Shown here: piece by piece, positions 14,650 to 26,307 of the stretch
Layout: every line of letters starts with the position of its first letter
Numbering within the stretch: position 1 is the stretch's first letter
Assembly (NCBI RefSeq): GCF_009914755.1
Contig: NC_060937.1
Length of the DNA stretch: 64,000 nt
Source of the DNA: the human T2T-CHM13v2.0 reference genome, Homo sapiens
Reading direction: 5' to 3' (one strand)
Notes under the pieces: generated by a model
Database searches by the model: none
Seen by the model: the letters and a program-made list of their open reading frames with translations, nothing else
Told to the model about the DNA's origin: nothing
Position numbers and translations under genes: made by a program

Positions 14650-16080
14650 GAGACAAACACAAGAGATTATTTGAAGTCATGCCCAATGGCTGCAAAGTTT
14701 ATGGATATAAATTTCCCAAATATATGGTAGCTAGTTAGCCATGGTGAACAAAGGACATGAGCTTACCTCTCATATAAAGCTATAGAAGATGAAAAGATTG
14801 AACAAGTGGTCAGAATGTGCTCAGTCAACCTCTGGTGAAGGATTATGAAGGATATATCTGTTGACATTGTTTTTGGCTCAGGATTGGTAAACAGAATTTT
14901 TGTTAACATCAAACATTAGTTCCATATAATGTTCTTCCAATGAGGGATAGAGAGAAAAATTATTTTTTAAAAGCCCTAAAAAAAGTTAGGGACAATCTGG
15001 GGCTATGTTTGCGGTCCTGAAATTGTAGCTTGACTATGAGTTGAAAAATGAGACTTGAGAAAATATTCTGTGGTTGACATCCCTTACCAGATTTTTCAGT
15101 TGATGTGCATATATATAAAAAAGAAGGCTTTGCCCCTTTTGTTCTCAAATTAGGTGTTGGTCAAATATTTCCCTCACCCAGTTTTGATAAAGCATGCTAG
15201 ATGGGAATCTTTGGAACTGTTCAATCCCTCTTCTGTGGTGCTATAGAGAAACGTAAATAATACAGAATTCCAGGAAAGCAACAACAGATTGCTTTCTATA
15301 ACAGAAAGGGTTAACTCAGAGAAGTCCAAGCTGACACATTAGACACTTCACTTCTAAAATTATGAGAATAGTTAAAAGATGGATAATGATATTCACTAAT
15401 TCAATTTTAAATATTCCCATATGGCAAATATATAAAACAGGTGGTTTAGTGGACTGACTGTAGACTGTTAGGATTTTGACAAGGTAGTTCTCCTGATATC
15501 CTCAATGGTACAAGATATAATTAAAATATTTAAAAGAAGTAGAAAATATCAAAGGTGATGGTATGTTGTAATATATTTACAAACACTTTCTTTACCTATA
15601 TTGGAGAACAGTCAAGGTAAGCACACCTGGTTTAGGCGAAATGGCCTTCAGAACGTACAAAGGATATTTAAATTGACCAGAAAACTATTAAAATACAGGA
15701 GAGCAACACTAATCCATTAAGAGTGAGCATTCTCATTAGGAATAATTTGTTGCACAACATTAATGATATAATCATTGCCTGTTCAGAAGACAACTTATGT
15801 GATGGCAAAATAAACACTGGCCTGATAAACAAATAAAACCTTTGGAGTTTTAAAAACTGGACTTGAACGGCGGGCATTAAGTCCAAATGTCCTTCCTAGA
15901 GACTCCTCATCAAGATGAAAAACACTTGCTGTCTCAAGAAAAAAAAATGCTTTTCCAGAAAATTGGCAACAGTTAGCAGTAGTCCATTTAGAAAGATAAT
16001 GAAGTGACTTGTTAGTAGAAGAGGCACATTTCTGATTAGATGAAACTTTTTTTATATCAAACAACAGTAGAAAGAAAATT
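14650..16080 (+). mobile_element. Degraded class III (ERVL-like) internal region with reverse-transcriptase remnant
   Basis: 15400-15490 reads like [23 protein letters not shown] (S-I-L-N-I-P-I-W-Q-I-Y-K-T-G-G...T-V-D). tggtatgttgtaatatatttacaaacactttctttacctata gives WYVVIYLQTLSLPI, similar to WYAAIDLANAFFSIP. Frameshifted. Confidence 0.6.
15185..15388 (+). repeat. Donor copy of a local 205-bp direct duplication
   Basis: Aligns with 16267-16471 (shared gaattccaggaaagcaa, agagaagtccaagctgacacattag, cacttctaaaattatgagaatagtt). Confidence 0.95.
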
Positions 16081-16115
16081 ACATTAGCTGAGAAAAAAAT
16101 AACAACTATAGATAT

Positions 16116-16214
16116 GGGATAAAATACTACGTATTGGCCACAGAATTCACCATATATAATTCATCCATGTAAGCAAGAACCGCTTGTACCCACAAAGCTA
16201 TTACAATTTTTAAA
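16116..16214 (+). mobile_element. L1PB-like 3' end fragment
   Basis: cagaattcaccatatataattcatccatgtaagcaagaaccgcttgtacccacaaagctatt resembles an L1PB3/4 terminus. Confidence 0.7.
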
Positions 16215-16266
16215 TATTTTATATATATATATCATGAGATATATATATGATATATATTTATATATA

Positions 16267-16471
16267 TGATAAGGCATACTAAATGGAAATCTTTGGAATT
16301 GTTCAATCCCTATTCTGCAGAACTACAGAGAAACATAAATAATATAGAATTCCAGGAAAGCAATAGCAGATTGTTTTTTATAATAGTAAGGATTAATTTA
16401 GAGAAGTCCAAGCTGACACATTAGGACACCTCACTTCTAAAATTATGAGAATAGTTGAAGGAGTGATAATG
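16267..16471 (+). repeat. Second copy of the 205-bp duplication, embedded in a TA/TG microsatellite
   Basis: Flanked by (TA)n at 16221-16266 and (TG/CA/TA)n at 16472-16635. Confidence 0.95.
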
Positions 16472-17588
16472 TGTAATGTCTGTGTGTGTATACATATAAA
16501 TGTGTGTGTGTATATATACACACACACATACACATATACACACATATTTATGTGTATATGTATGTATCTATATGTGTGTATTTACATACATGCACACATA
16601 TACATGTATATACATACACTCACACATATATATATGAACAAATGAATAATTGAACAGCAGGGAAGCCCCAGCTAGGGACAGGGTACTTATAAAATCATTA
16701 TGATATTAATAAATCTAAATGATGAAAGCTCATCTATGGATAGTGTGGTCTTCATTTGGATAATTTTATAAATTGAGTATTTTAGCTTTAAAATTGTAAT
16801 TTCTCAGTAAATTAATTTTTGGGAAAATAATTATAAAAGTTATGTAATCTCAATCAGAGATAGTGTTAATGGTATGTAAAGAAGCCTGTAAGCACATGTT
16901 AAGAAATTATACTATGATAATAACATATGGTGTGCCACAAACAACTTGGAATATGTAATTTATTAAGCAATGGTCTTCAGTAACTAACCCAGGATATGCA
17001 AATATAGGAAACAATTATTTCTTTTGAGAAAAAATGGAAAGTGAAACTATAATTTTTAAACAGCTAAACAAACCCAACAAGAATAGTACTGGACAAAGCT
17101 AAGAGAAAGACCTTGATTTCTGCCTGTGGAGTACGGTGATCGCCTCTGCTTTCAGTTCTACATAGATATCCCTGATATTAAAAGTGAACAGCAGCCTTAT
17201 GTACTATTGAGAATGGTTTAGTTGAGATTTCATCAGTGACCAAAGCCTAGTTATTCAGAGGAATCTCAGTAAAATGAGCCAATGTATTTTCTTTGAGAGC
17301 TCGAGCAGGGGGTCACGTTTTGTCCTAAGGAAGGGCTGCCACTTTTTCACATAAAGTCAAGATACTAGTGGGACCAGATTCCCTGCATTCTTTTACATTT
17401 GGCATTTCCATTTGAAAGTGAAGCTGGCTTGGCTCTTCTCATCTTTTTCATAATGAAATCTGATTTGACACCACCTTAACTTAGGAATATGAGGCCCAAG
17501 AGTCAAAAGGCATACGTAGTTTGTATGTTTAGTTTAGACATGAATACAATATAAAGCTTGTCACTTCTTTTCCAAAACAGTGTAGCTG

Positions 17589-17609
17589 GCAGCAGCAGCA
17601 GCAGCAGCA
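17589..17609 (+). repeat. (GCA)7 trinucleotide repeat
   Basis: Read directly. Confidence 0.9.
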
Positions 17610-18261
17610 TCAGGGAAGCAATTAACCCTGAATTCTAAGGAGCGATCCAAGTACATAAATCCCCTTTGCCAAACTTCAGTTGGCAAAATATTCAGTCGCA
17701 GGAACTTGTAGTTTAAAGGTGTCATTTGGGTAGTTAGGCCGAAAAGGACACTTTTACAACATGGCCTGTTGGCTTAGTCCCCACTCAAAAAATACTGATT
17801 TGTGGACTAAGGGGAATGCTCAAGTGAAACATTTAACAATGCAAAGCTATGCTTTTACACCTCCAGTTGATGTCATGCAAACATATTATTCTTCAAGAAC
17901 ACTGAAAAAATGTTAAATGGTACGTAATCTATGTTAAATATTCCCTTGTTTAAACAAAAAGAGAAGTACTAGTATAAAATGACAATAGTAAAAATATTAA
18001 AATATCTCATTATTCTATGTCCACTTAATTGCCAACTGTTGCATTGTTAACACATAATATTCAATACATAGTTTTATGTAGTTGTCTTGGGCTATAGTAG
18101 ATTCTATCATTGTTTTCCACCCATACTTGCAACTTTTCCACTTCCATACTGGAGAAAGAAGGCAAATGCCCCTTTACAATGTTTTAAACTTTTATTTTCT
18201 TGAAATGTGAATAATTTGCCATGTATTCTGTGCCTTAACTATCTCTTCTTCCCTGGCATGA

Positions 18262-18629
18262 TATCTTAGTCAGTTCAGGCTACTATACAAAAAACCCATA
18301 AACTGAATGGCTTATAAAAACTAAAGATATATTTCTTGTAGTTTTGGAAGCTGAAAGTCTGGTATCAGGGTGCCAGCATGGTCGGGGGGTGGTGATGGCT
18401 CCCTTCTAGGTTGCAGACTGCCAACTTGTTATCGTAGCCTCTCATGGTAGAAAGAGGGTGAGAAAGCTCCTGGGGTTCCTTTAATAAAAGCTCTAATCCC
18501 TTTCAGGAGCACTATACTCTCATGACCTAATTATTCCCAAAAGTCTCGTCTTCTAATACCATCATAGTGGGTGTTAGGATTTCAACACAGAAATTTGGAA
18601 GGTTCATAAACATTCAAGTTCATTTCACA
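18262..18629 (-). mobile_element. MLT1A0-like LTR
   Basis: tcttagtcagttcaggctactata...ctcatgacctaatta...ctaataccatca...ggatttcaaca...aacattcaag is the antisense MLT1A pattern. Confidence 0.85.
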
Positions 18630-18789
18630 TGCCCAGTATTTTTACCTTGCATATAATAGGCTCTCCAAAATGTTTACTGAATTCAATCATCACAAGAGGG
18701 ATAATAGAAATTAACTTTTATTTATTCACAATATTTGTGTCCTTTTATATTTTTGACACTTTTCTTAACAAATGTCAACAGCAAAGTAT

Positions 18790-18900
18790 CTCTTTTCATC
18801 CATCTAATAAAGACATCAGAAGTAGAAATAATTAGCAAATGGGACTCCCAGTTTTGACATGAAAACTGAGGAGCTGTGTAAAGTTTGCAAGACACTAGTT
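18790..18900 (-). mobile_element. MIR fragment
   Basis: ctcccagttttgacatgaaaactgaggag core. Confidence 0.45.
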
Positions 18901-19615
18901 TCTTTTCGTGTTTCTTTACAGCAAAGTGAACCAGTTGAGGCAATAACACATTTAATTAATCTCCAGAATAAGGAAATTTTACACAAAGATAGATTTTACG
19001 CAAAATAGCTTAGAATCAGTAATAACTACCCAATAGTCAAAGCCTGCTCTACCATATCAGTCATGGGGCCACTAAGATTTAAAAAAGGAGCAATTTCACT
19101 GGGCTATGGAGATATGCTGCAAAATATTTTAAAACATGTATTTATTTGTGCATTTTAAATACAGAAATGATCATTTCTGAGGTTTGGATCAATAAATGTT
19201 TCCTATTCTCTAACTTGCACTACTATATTGAGTTTGCAAATGATCTTCCACCAGTAGTGTCCCACATGCATTTATGCTTTTGGCAATCTATATAAAAGGA
19301 GCCTTGATAGAGGGTATGCTTCTGCACTGCACATCCCTGAGTGACAGTATGCCTAAGTGGGTTGCCATGAATATCAAACTGAGGATTGTTGCCACTTAGA
19401 AAAGCAAGAAGGGAAGTGGCTCGTAATTAGATACAGGTGGGAAGAGAAGAGTGGGTAAGGGCCAAAGAGAAAGTTTATTCCAATTGCTCTATTTACTTTA
19501 CATTTCTTTAAAGTCAAAACCTTGCATGGCATTGAAACCAACTTTATTTCTCTATCTTTCATATATTTAAATTGAAAGTGTCTAAAACAGGATGTAAATT
19601 TTAAACAAAATCTTT

Positions 19616-19910
19616 GACCGGGTGTGATGGCTTACACTTGTAAACCCAGAACTTTGGGAGGCTAACGCGAGAGAATTGCTTGAGGTGTGGAGCTCAAGAC
19701 CAGCCTGTACAACGTAGTGAGATTGTCTGTACAGGTTTTTTTTTTTTTATACTAACCTTGCGTGGTGGCATGCCTGTAGTCCTAGCTACTCGGGAAGCTG
19801 AGGTGGGAGGATCCCTTGAGCACAGGAGTTCAAGGCTACAGTGATCTATGATCACACTACTGCCCTCCAGCCTGGGCAAGAGAGAGAGACCCTTTCTCAA
19901 AAGAAAAAAA
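19616..19910 (+). mobile_element. Alu (AluJo-type) with a T-run in place of the A-rich linker
   Basis: ggagttcaaggctacagtgatctatgatc J diagnostics; linker reads ggtttttttttttttatactaacc. Confidence 0.9.
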
Positions 19911-19994
19911 TTTTTGGAGCAACGTTAACTGCCATTTTGAGTAAATTAAAAATCATATCATCTAGATACTTTACATAACTTATTAAGGTCCTTA

Positions 19995-20286
19995 TTTTTT
20001 TTAAGACATGTGCGTCTCACTTTGTCACCCAGGCTTGAGTGCGGTGGCAAAATCATAGCTCAGTGCTGCCTTGAACTCCAGAGCTCAAGGGATCCTCCTG
20101 TCTCAGCCCACCAAGGAGCTAGGACTACAGTCACACCAACACACTGGGCTAATGTTTTTTTAATTTTGTAGAGGTGGAGTCTCACCATTTTGCCCAGGCT
20201 GGTCTCTAACTCCTGGGCTCAAGCAATCTTCCCCACTTGGCCTTCCAAAGCACTGGCATTACAGGCATGAGCCACCTCACCTGGTC
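19995..20286 (-). mobile_element. Alu (AluJo-type)
   Basis: Antisense Alu with atcatagctca...ctcctgggctcaagcaatc. Confidence 0.9.
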
Positions 20287-20919
20287 TACATATTTTATTT
20301 ATATTTATCACAGCCATCTTGTAAGGATAATGAATTGAAGGTTAAATAATTAAAATAATTTTATAGTAAACCATAGTTCTGGGTATCAAACCTAGTTCTA
20401 CCTTTTATTAAAGTTTATGCTATTTCAGTTATATGACATTAATTTCCAAACAACCTACATATACTTTATCCAAAATAGGTATATTAGTATAAATATTCTG
20501 GATAATATTTTCTTTTATTATATTGCTATGGTATAACAAAATCTATCAAAAGTTATTTATAGGCATGCCCCTTAATAATACTATTAATTAATCATCTAAT
20601 AACCACATCTTATTCATTCCTATTTACCTTTTCCTGCCTTGTTTCTTTTGTTTGCTTTTTATCAAATATGAAGGCCTATACTCACCCTTAATTGTCCAGC
20701 ACCACTGATATCCTTTTCGTCTTAAAAATGGGAAAGCTTAGTCTAGCTTATAAAGCTGCTTAGCCCAGCCTTGTTGAGTATTACATTCAAAATGCTGCAT
20801 AAACACAGTTGTGGGAAGAAAAAATACCTCATTGTCAAATAGAAAATTACCCTGATCCTTCATGATTTCTCCATGCTCAATACTTTTTGTCTATACTCAC
20901 ACATATAGCCTTCAGGGCT

Positions 20920-21130
20920 TTGTTCATTCATAAATTTAACAAGTAAACTTTGAGCAATTCTCATGCGTCAGATCTGTTCTAGACAGTGATATTTAGCACT
21001 TAAAAAAAAAGAAAAAGAAAATACCACCTCCGTGAAGCAATCATTCTAGTGGGGAAAAAAGAAGATATACAAATATAGAATATACCATATATACAGGGTG
21101 TATAGAAAAATTAAGTAACAAAGGAAGAAA
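20920..21130 (-). mobile_element. L2 3' fragment
   Basis: ttcattca...tttgagcaattctcatgcgtcagatctgttctagacagtg...cattctagtgggg. Confidence 0.6.
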
Positions 21131-21262
21131 TGGGATAAGATAATGATCATAGCACTCACTACACTATATCAAAATTTTAAGTCAAGTATCTCTTTAGTTT
21201 TCAAACTGAAATTTCCTAAAAAGCATCTACTATGTCTTTTTTTCTCTCTGATTAGCTGTGAT

Positions 21263-21776
21263 TGCATTTCTTCCTTATTACTGTTTTAAGAAATTACCAC
21301 AAATATAGTGACTTAATGCACCGCTGTTATTGTAGTATGATTCTGAAGATCAGAGTTTCAAATTGATTGGCTGGCCATGTTCCTTCTGCAGGTTTAAGGG
21401 TAGAAACTATCTCCTTGTTTTTCCAGCTTCTAGATGCTGATAGCATTCCTTAGTTTTCAACCTCCTCATCCGTCTTCAAAGCCAAAAGTGTAGCATCTTT
21501 GACTCTTTTCCTCTCTCTCTGTCTCTCTCTCTCCTATTCCCCCTCCCTTTCGACTTTCTATCCCTCTCTGATTCTGGCCTTCTTGTCTGTGTTTTATAAA
21601 GACCCTCTGATTACATTGGAACCACCTGGGTAATCTAAGATGATAGCCAGGTTTCAAATTCCTTTCAAATTCCTTTCAAAATTAAAAGGCAGTTTTGCCA
21701 TGTAAGGTTACATATTCACAGGTTCTGGGTATTAGGACATGAACATCTTTGAGGTGCAATTGTTTTGCCTATCACA
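21263..21776 (-). mobile_element. MLT1C/D-like LTR
   Basis: aaattaccacaaatatagtgacttaa...ttataaagaccctctgattacattgg...gccatgtaaggttacatattcacaggttctgggtattaggacatg...gcctatcaca. Confidence 0.85.
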
Positions 21777-22416
21777 GACTTACAATTTAAGTATCAATAG
21801 GACATGTGTGGTGTGTTTATGTGTAGCATATGTAAAATTTACAAATGAGTCTTTTATAAATATTTATATGACACATAGTGCAAGAACATAATGTGTGCAC
21901 ACATACAATATAATATGATAAAATATATAAGGTACGTATGTGAATGTGTGGGTGACTCCTTTTTAAAAATAGAGAGTAAGCTTTAAGAAGATAGGGATGT
22001 TTTTTCTGAAAGAATAAAGAGATGCTACATGGGTTCAAAAGGCCTGAACCTAAACCCTTGAAGTGTGTGACTTTGTCAAACTTTTATCTTTTCTGTAAAT
22101 GCCTACTTCAAAAACTTGTTATGAATCTCAACAAAATAGCATATACAAAAGGCATTTTATGTGCTTAAGTATGCTTTCCCTTCCATCCACTGACCTCTAT
22201 AATTACAGCTACACTAAAAAAGTGACATAGCAAGTTAATAACAGAACATCATTCAGAGGCAAAATTGACATTAGAGTAGTTGAAAGAATATTAGCTGTGG
22301 AGACAGAAGAGGAGTTTCTCTGTGGAACCATACAGATCTGTATATGCATTACAGACCCATCAATTTTACTGTGAGAACCTGAGCAAGCTGTTTCAATATA
22401 TTGTACCATAGATTTC

Positions 22417-22550
22417 TTACCTCTCTCTCTCTCTTTCTCCCTCTCCTCTCTTCCTTCCTTCTTTCCTTCCTCCCTCCCTCCTTCTCTTTCTTACTTCCTC
22501 TCTTTCTTCCTCTCTCTGTCACTCCCTCCCTCCTTTCCTTTTCTTTCTCT
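22417..22550. repeat. TC-rich polypyrimidine simple repeat
   Basis: Read directly. Confidence 0.85.
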
Positions 22551-22659
22551 ATGCTTTGCTATTTACCTATCTTTACTGGGGAGAATAATAAAGCCTAAAA
22601 TTTTTGCAATAATTAATTAGCATAATTCTAGAATTTCTGATGCATTATGATGATCAATG

Positions 22660-22890
22660 CCAATAGCTAATGCTTACTTTATGTATAGTAATTTGAGCAT
22701 TTTACATATTAGCTTATTTAGTTATCCAAACAACTCTATCAAGTAAGAAACATTTATTCAATATAAATAAGGGTAACTGAGGCACAAATAAGGGATCTTG
22801 GCTAAGATCAAACAGTTAATAAGTGACAAGATAGGGTATGAGCATATGAAATCAGACTCCCAAACCTGTGTTCTAACCACCATACTATAC
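22660..22890 (-). mobile_element. MIR
   Basis: aatagctaatgcttac...gggtaactgaggcaca...gactcccaaacctgtgttctaaccaccatac. Confidence 0.75.
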
Positions 22891-23059
22891 ATCTTAGATC
22901 TCTTTTTCTTTCCCTCTCAACTAACAAGTAATTTGACATTCAACTAGTAGTTCTCATTTGTAAATCTAAAACATTTTTTCGCTTTGCTTAACAAATTTAT
23001 TGTTAAAATAAATGTGGGGTAAAAGTAAAACTAATGAGCCCCACCATGTACTGGGAACC

Positions 23060-23064
<5 letters not shown>

Positions 23065-23096
<32 letters not shown>
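23065..23096. repeat. (TG)n microsatellite within a MIR fragment (about 23000-23210)
   Basis: Read directly; ttacaaattaggaagtaaaa...ccaagtcacacattt follows. Confidence 0.85.
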
Positions 23097-23099
<3 letters not shown>

Positions 23100-23468
23100 A
23101 TTTTTTTTTTACAAATTAGGAAGTAAAATTTGGAGGACTGATGAGTTATCCAAGTCACACATTTATTAAGAGACATATCTGATTTTAATGTCCAAACCAT
23201 TTCCACCTAAGTACCTGTCACCCAAGGAAATAAGGCAACACATTCTATAACATGAACTATAAGCATGGCACATTTTTAAAGACATAATGAGGAAAAGTAA
23301 ACCCAAAGGTCTTAGAAAGTGATAAATATCAGTTGTTAGCATTGTGTTGTGATCCCTGTAGAAATGAAACTTTGGAGCAGTTTGAACAACAAGATTGTTT
23401 GCATTTCACGTATTATACAGCAGCAAGATTCTCCTGAATGACTATTCTCTGAGATTATTTGTTTATGT

Positions 23469-23680
23469 CAGGGCTTAGCACACTATACTTCTAAAGGGCC
23501 AAATAGTAAATATTTTAGGCTCTGTGTGCTAAATAGTCTCTGTTGCACCTTTTTAGTTCTATTTTAGTATAAAGGCAAAGGCAGTCATAGACAATACACA
23601 AATGAATGGGTTCAGGCTGCCTTCCAATAAAACTTCACTTCCCAAGACAGGCAGTGGGCCAGATTTTGCCCACAGTTGTC
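23469..23680 (+). mobile_element. MER58A-like hAT-Charlie relic
   Basis: aaagggccaaatagtaaatattttaggc...gcagtcatagacaatac...ccaataaaactt...gggccagatttt. Confidence 0.8.
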
Positions 23681-24005
23681 TGGCTTAGTAACTAGTTAAA
23701 ATTTCAAATGTGTTCAAAAAGATAATATTATATGTTTAAAAAAATCAAAGAAAAAAATGTTCTCTACCTCTAAAAGGAATACTTATTAAATATAGTTGAT
23801 AGCTAAATTTTGCATTGCACATATGATGGTGCTAGGGACTCATAGAAGTCATATAAACATTTTATTTAGGTAAATTTTACAAGCAAAACGTTAAGATTTT
23901 CAGGGACACACATCTAATCAGTAATACAGCCGAGGTCTGAACCCAGTTCACCTGTCACATGATTCCTTTGTTTTCACCACCACACTTCATCCTCTCTTTA
24001 TCTAG

Positions 24006-24030
24006 ATCCACTGACTGTTTACTTCTACAG
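24006..24030 (+). other. Candidate 25-nt micro-exon or recursive splice site
   Basis: cctctctttatctAG | 25 nt ending ttacttctaCAG | GTAAGA. Motif evidence only. Confidence 0.25.
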
Positions 24031-26307
24031 GTAAGATTGGCTAAACTTTAACCTCAGCACCACAGACATTGTTGAGGTTAAACAACTAGATTTCAATCTT
24101 GAAACCAGTTCCTCATTTTAATAAAAAAATAATTTACCATGAATATTTAAATATTGCTTTCCATATGGGAGAATCACCGTAAGTCAATAAAACATCATAG
24201 AATACTGATCACTTTATCTGGAACCATATTTGAGAATATTTAAAAAAGTAAAACCAATCTTAATTGATATTATGAAATTATAGATGTGCTAAACATTTAT
24301 AACCTTAAATTATTAACTTTAAATTACTAAGTTCAAGTCTGTAAGATTTTGGATGTTGTTCAGATTTTGTAGGGCCAATACTGTACAGTGTTCATACAGT
24401 ACTGTTCTGTGCAATGGTCTTATCACTGATCAAATTTACCTATAGAATAGAATTTAACTAATCATTAAAATTTTGCAAATAATTTTTTCATCTTTAAGGA
24501 AAGATTGATTTGTAGCAGTTAATATTTAAAATAAGGCATGTTAATATTACTAGTTATTAAGGTTAGTAAGAACAATAAAGTGTTATATGTTAATAAAATA
24601 TTTTGTGTGAAAATAGATGCTTGAAATGTATTGAATTTAGTATGCTTTTTAATATTATAAGCTATATATCAACATATGTCATAATTTTTCTTTGCTAGAA
24701 ACTAGAACATTTCAGCTTATGTAAAATTTTTAATAAGCCATATCCACATTTTTAAGCTGTCTTAAGAAAACTAAATACAAATATTTTAAAATAAAAACAT
24801 TAACTAAATAAATTAAAAATTGAATTTAATTGGGAGCTCCTTTAAAAGTACAACTATATTGAGTATATATATTGTGAAACAATATTTTAAGTCTGATTAC
24901 AAAATAACAGTAACTATACATAAAATGATATTGAATTATCATTTAATATCAACAAATTCTGTGATATATAATTTAAAAAACATTTGTTTTCTCACATTAC
25001 CCAGTATTTTTTAAATATATGTTAATTATACTGTTATGCTAAGATGCTCAACACATTATGCTGGCATGGCTTTGGGGGAAAAAAATCCAATAAACTCACT
25101 TCAGTCTAAATCACCATCAAGGGAACTGAAGCAAGTGTGTGTCAGTATGTTCAGTATTATAGCCCAGGGGGACATAACACTTGCTAGGTTTGGGGGGAAA
25201 ACAGCAGGACTTTTCAGTAGAAAGGAGACAGAAGGAAAACTTGTGATCACAAAACAGAAAAGCATATTGCTGATAAGACATAAGTGTTAGAGGTTTTCTA
25301 CAACCTCAAGCTGTGCTTCTCCCAACAAAAATCTCATACTAATTTACACAAGGCAATTTTAGTTGCACAGCTAGAAAGAACTGTGAAAAATGAAATTAGT
25401 TGTTCTTTTACTAGAGATGATTCATTGCAAACTTCTGAAATGCTTTTCTTTTTTGAACTCTATTGAAATAGCAGACTTTGGAATTAAAGAAAACAGGGGA
25501 ATAGTCATTTTAATACACTTGGACATAGTCTTACTCCTTTCCATAATAAATGATCTTCACAAAACTTGTATGCCTGCACAAAAGGAAGATCTAACCAGAC
25601 TTCTGACTGTTGCCTAGAGCCTATAGCTTTGCCCTAAGTAAAAATGCACCGCCAACCATAGATAAAGAATTCTCCATTGTTTATTGTGTAAATGGAGTGT
25701 AAATTAAAAGTAAATATTTCCCTTCAAAATTATCTTATACCTTGGCTTCTTGTATTTGTGTTGTGTTGTTTCATGGCCCAAAATATATAGATTTGTTGCA
25801 CTAACATCTAAACAGAAGGGTGTAGCTCTCCTTATCAAAGTGTATGATGATTATAATATCATGAATTTAAAATACAAGGAAAAGTAATTAAATCAATCCC
25901 ATTGAGGTAACTATACAATGTAAATGATCTATATATGTACTATTTTCTATAAGTGATTTGTGTTTGGCTTATGGAGGCCTGACATGGGGTTCCTTGTGAG
26001 TCATGAATAATTCCAGCTGGGCTCATACTTTCCCAGGGCCAGAGAAACCTAACAGAACTCCAGTTTCAGGTGGAAATTAAAAAAAATAAGTTTCCCAGGA
26101 ATGAGTTCACAAAAGAAATGAAGAGATTCTGACTTTCACTTACTTATTAATTTTACTCACGTAAAGTTATATTTGTTATATTTCTATAATTAAAGAGATA
26201 TAATCACACAGGATTTTAGAAGTAAAGTTCTTGTTTTTGAAACGAATGTATCCTTTATTTCTGTTAACCAACCAGTCATTACCCATGTTGGGAATACTAT
26301 GAATGTC

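Noticed and set aside
17300-17318. CTCF-like cgagcagggggtcac
   Set aside because: Mismatch at the near-invariant C of GGC; too weak.
19288-19375. TATATAAAAG box plus RFX-like gttgccatg as a promoter
   Set aside because: Such motifs are expected by chance in AT-rich DNA; no CpG island or supported downstream exon.
24380-24405. Two 10-bp palindromes (actgtacagt, acagtactgt)
   Set aside because: Short; compatible with chance or a tiny DNA-transposon relic.
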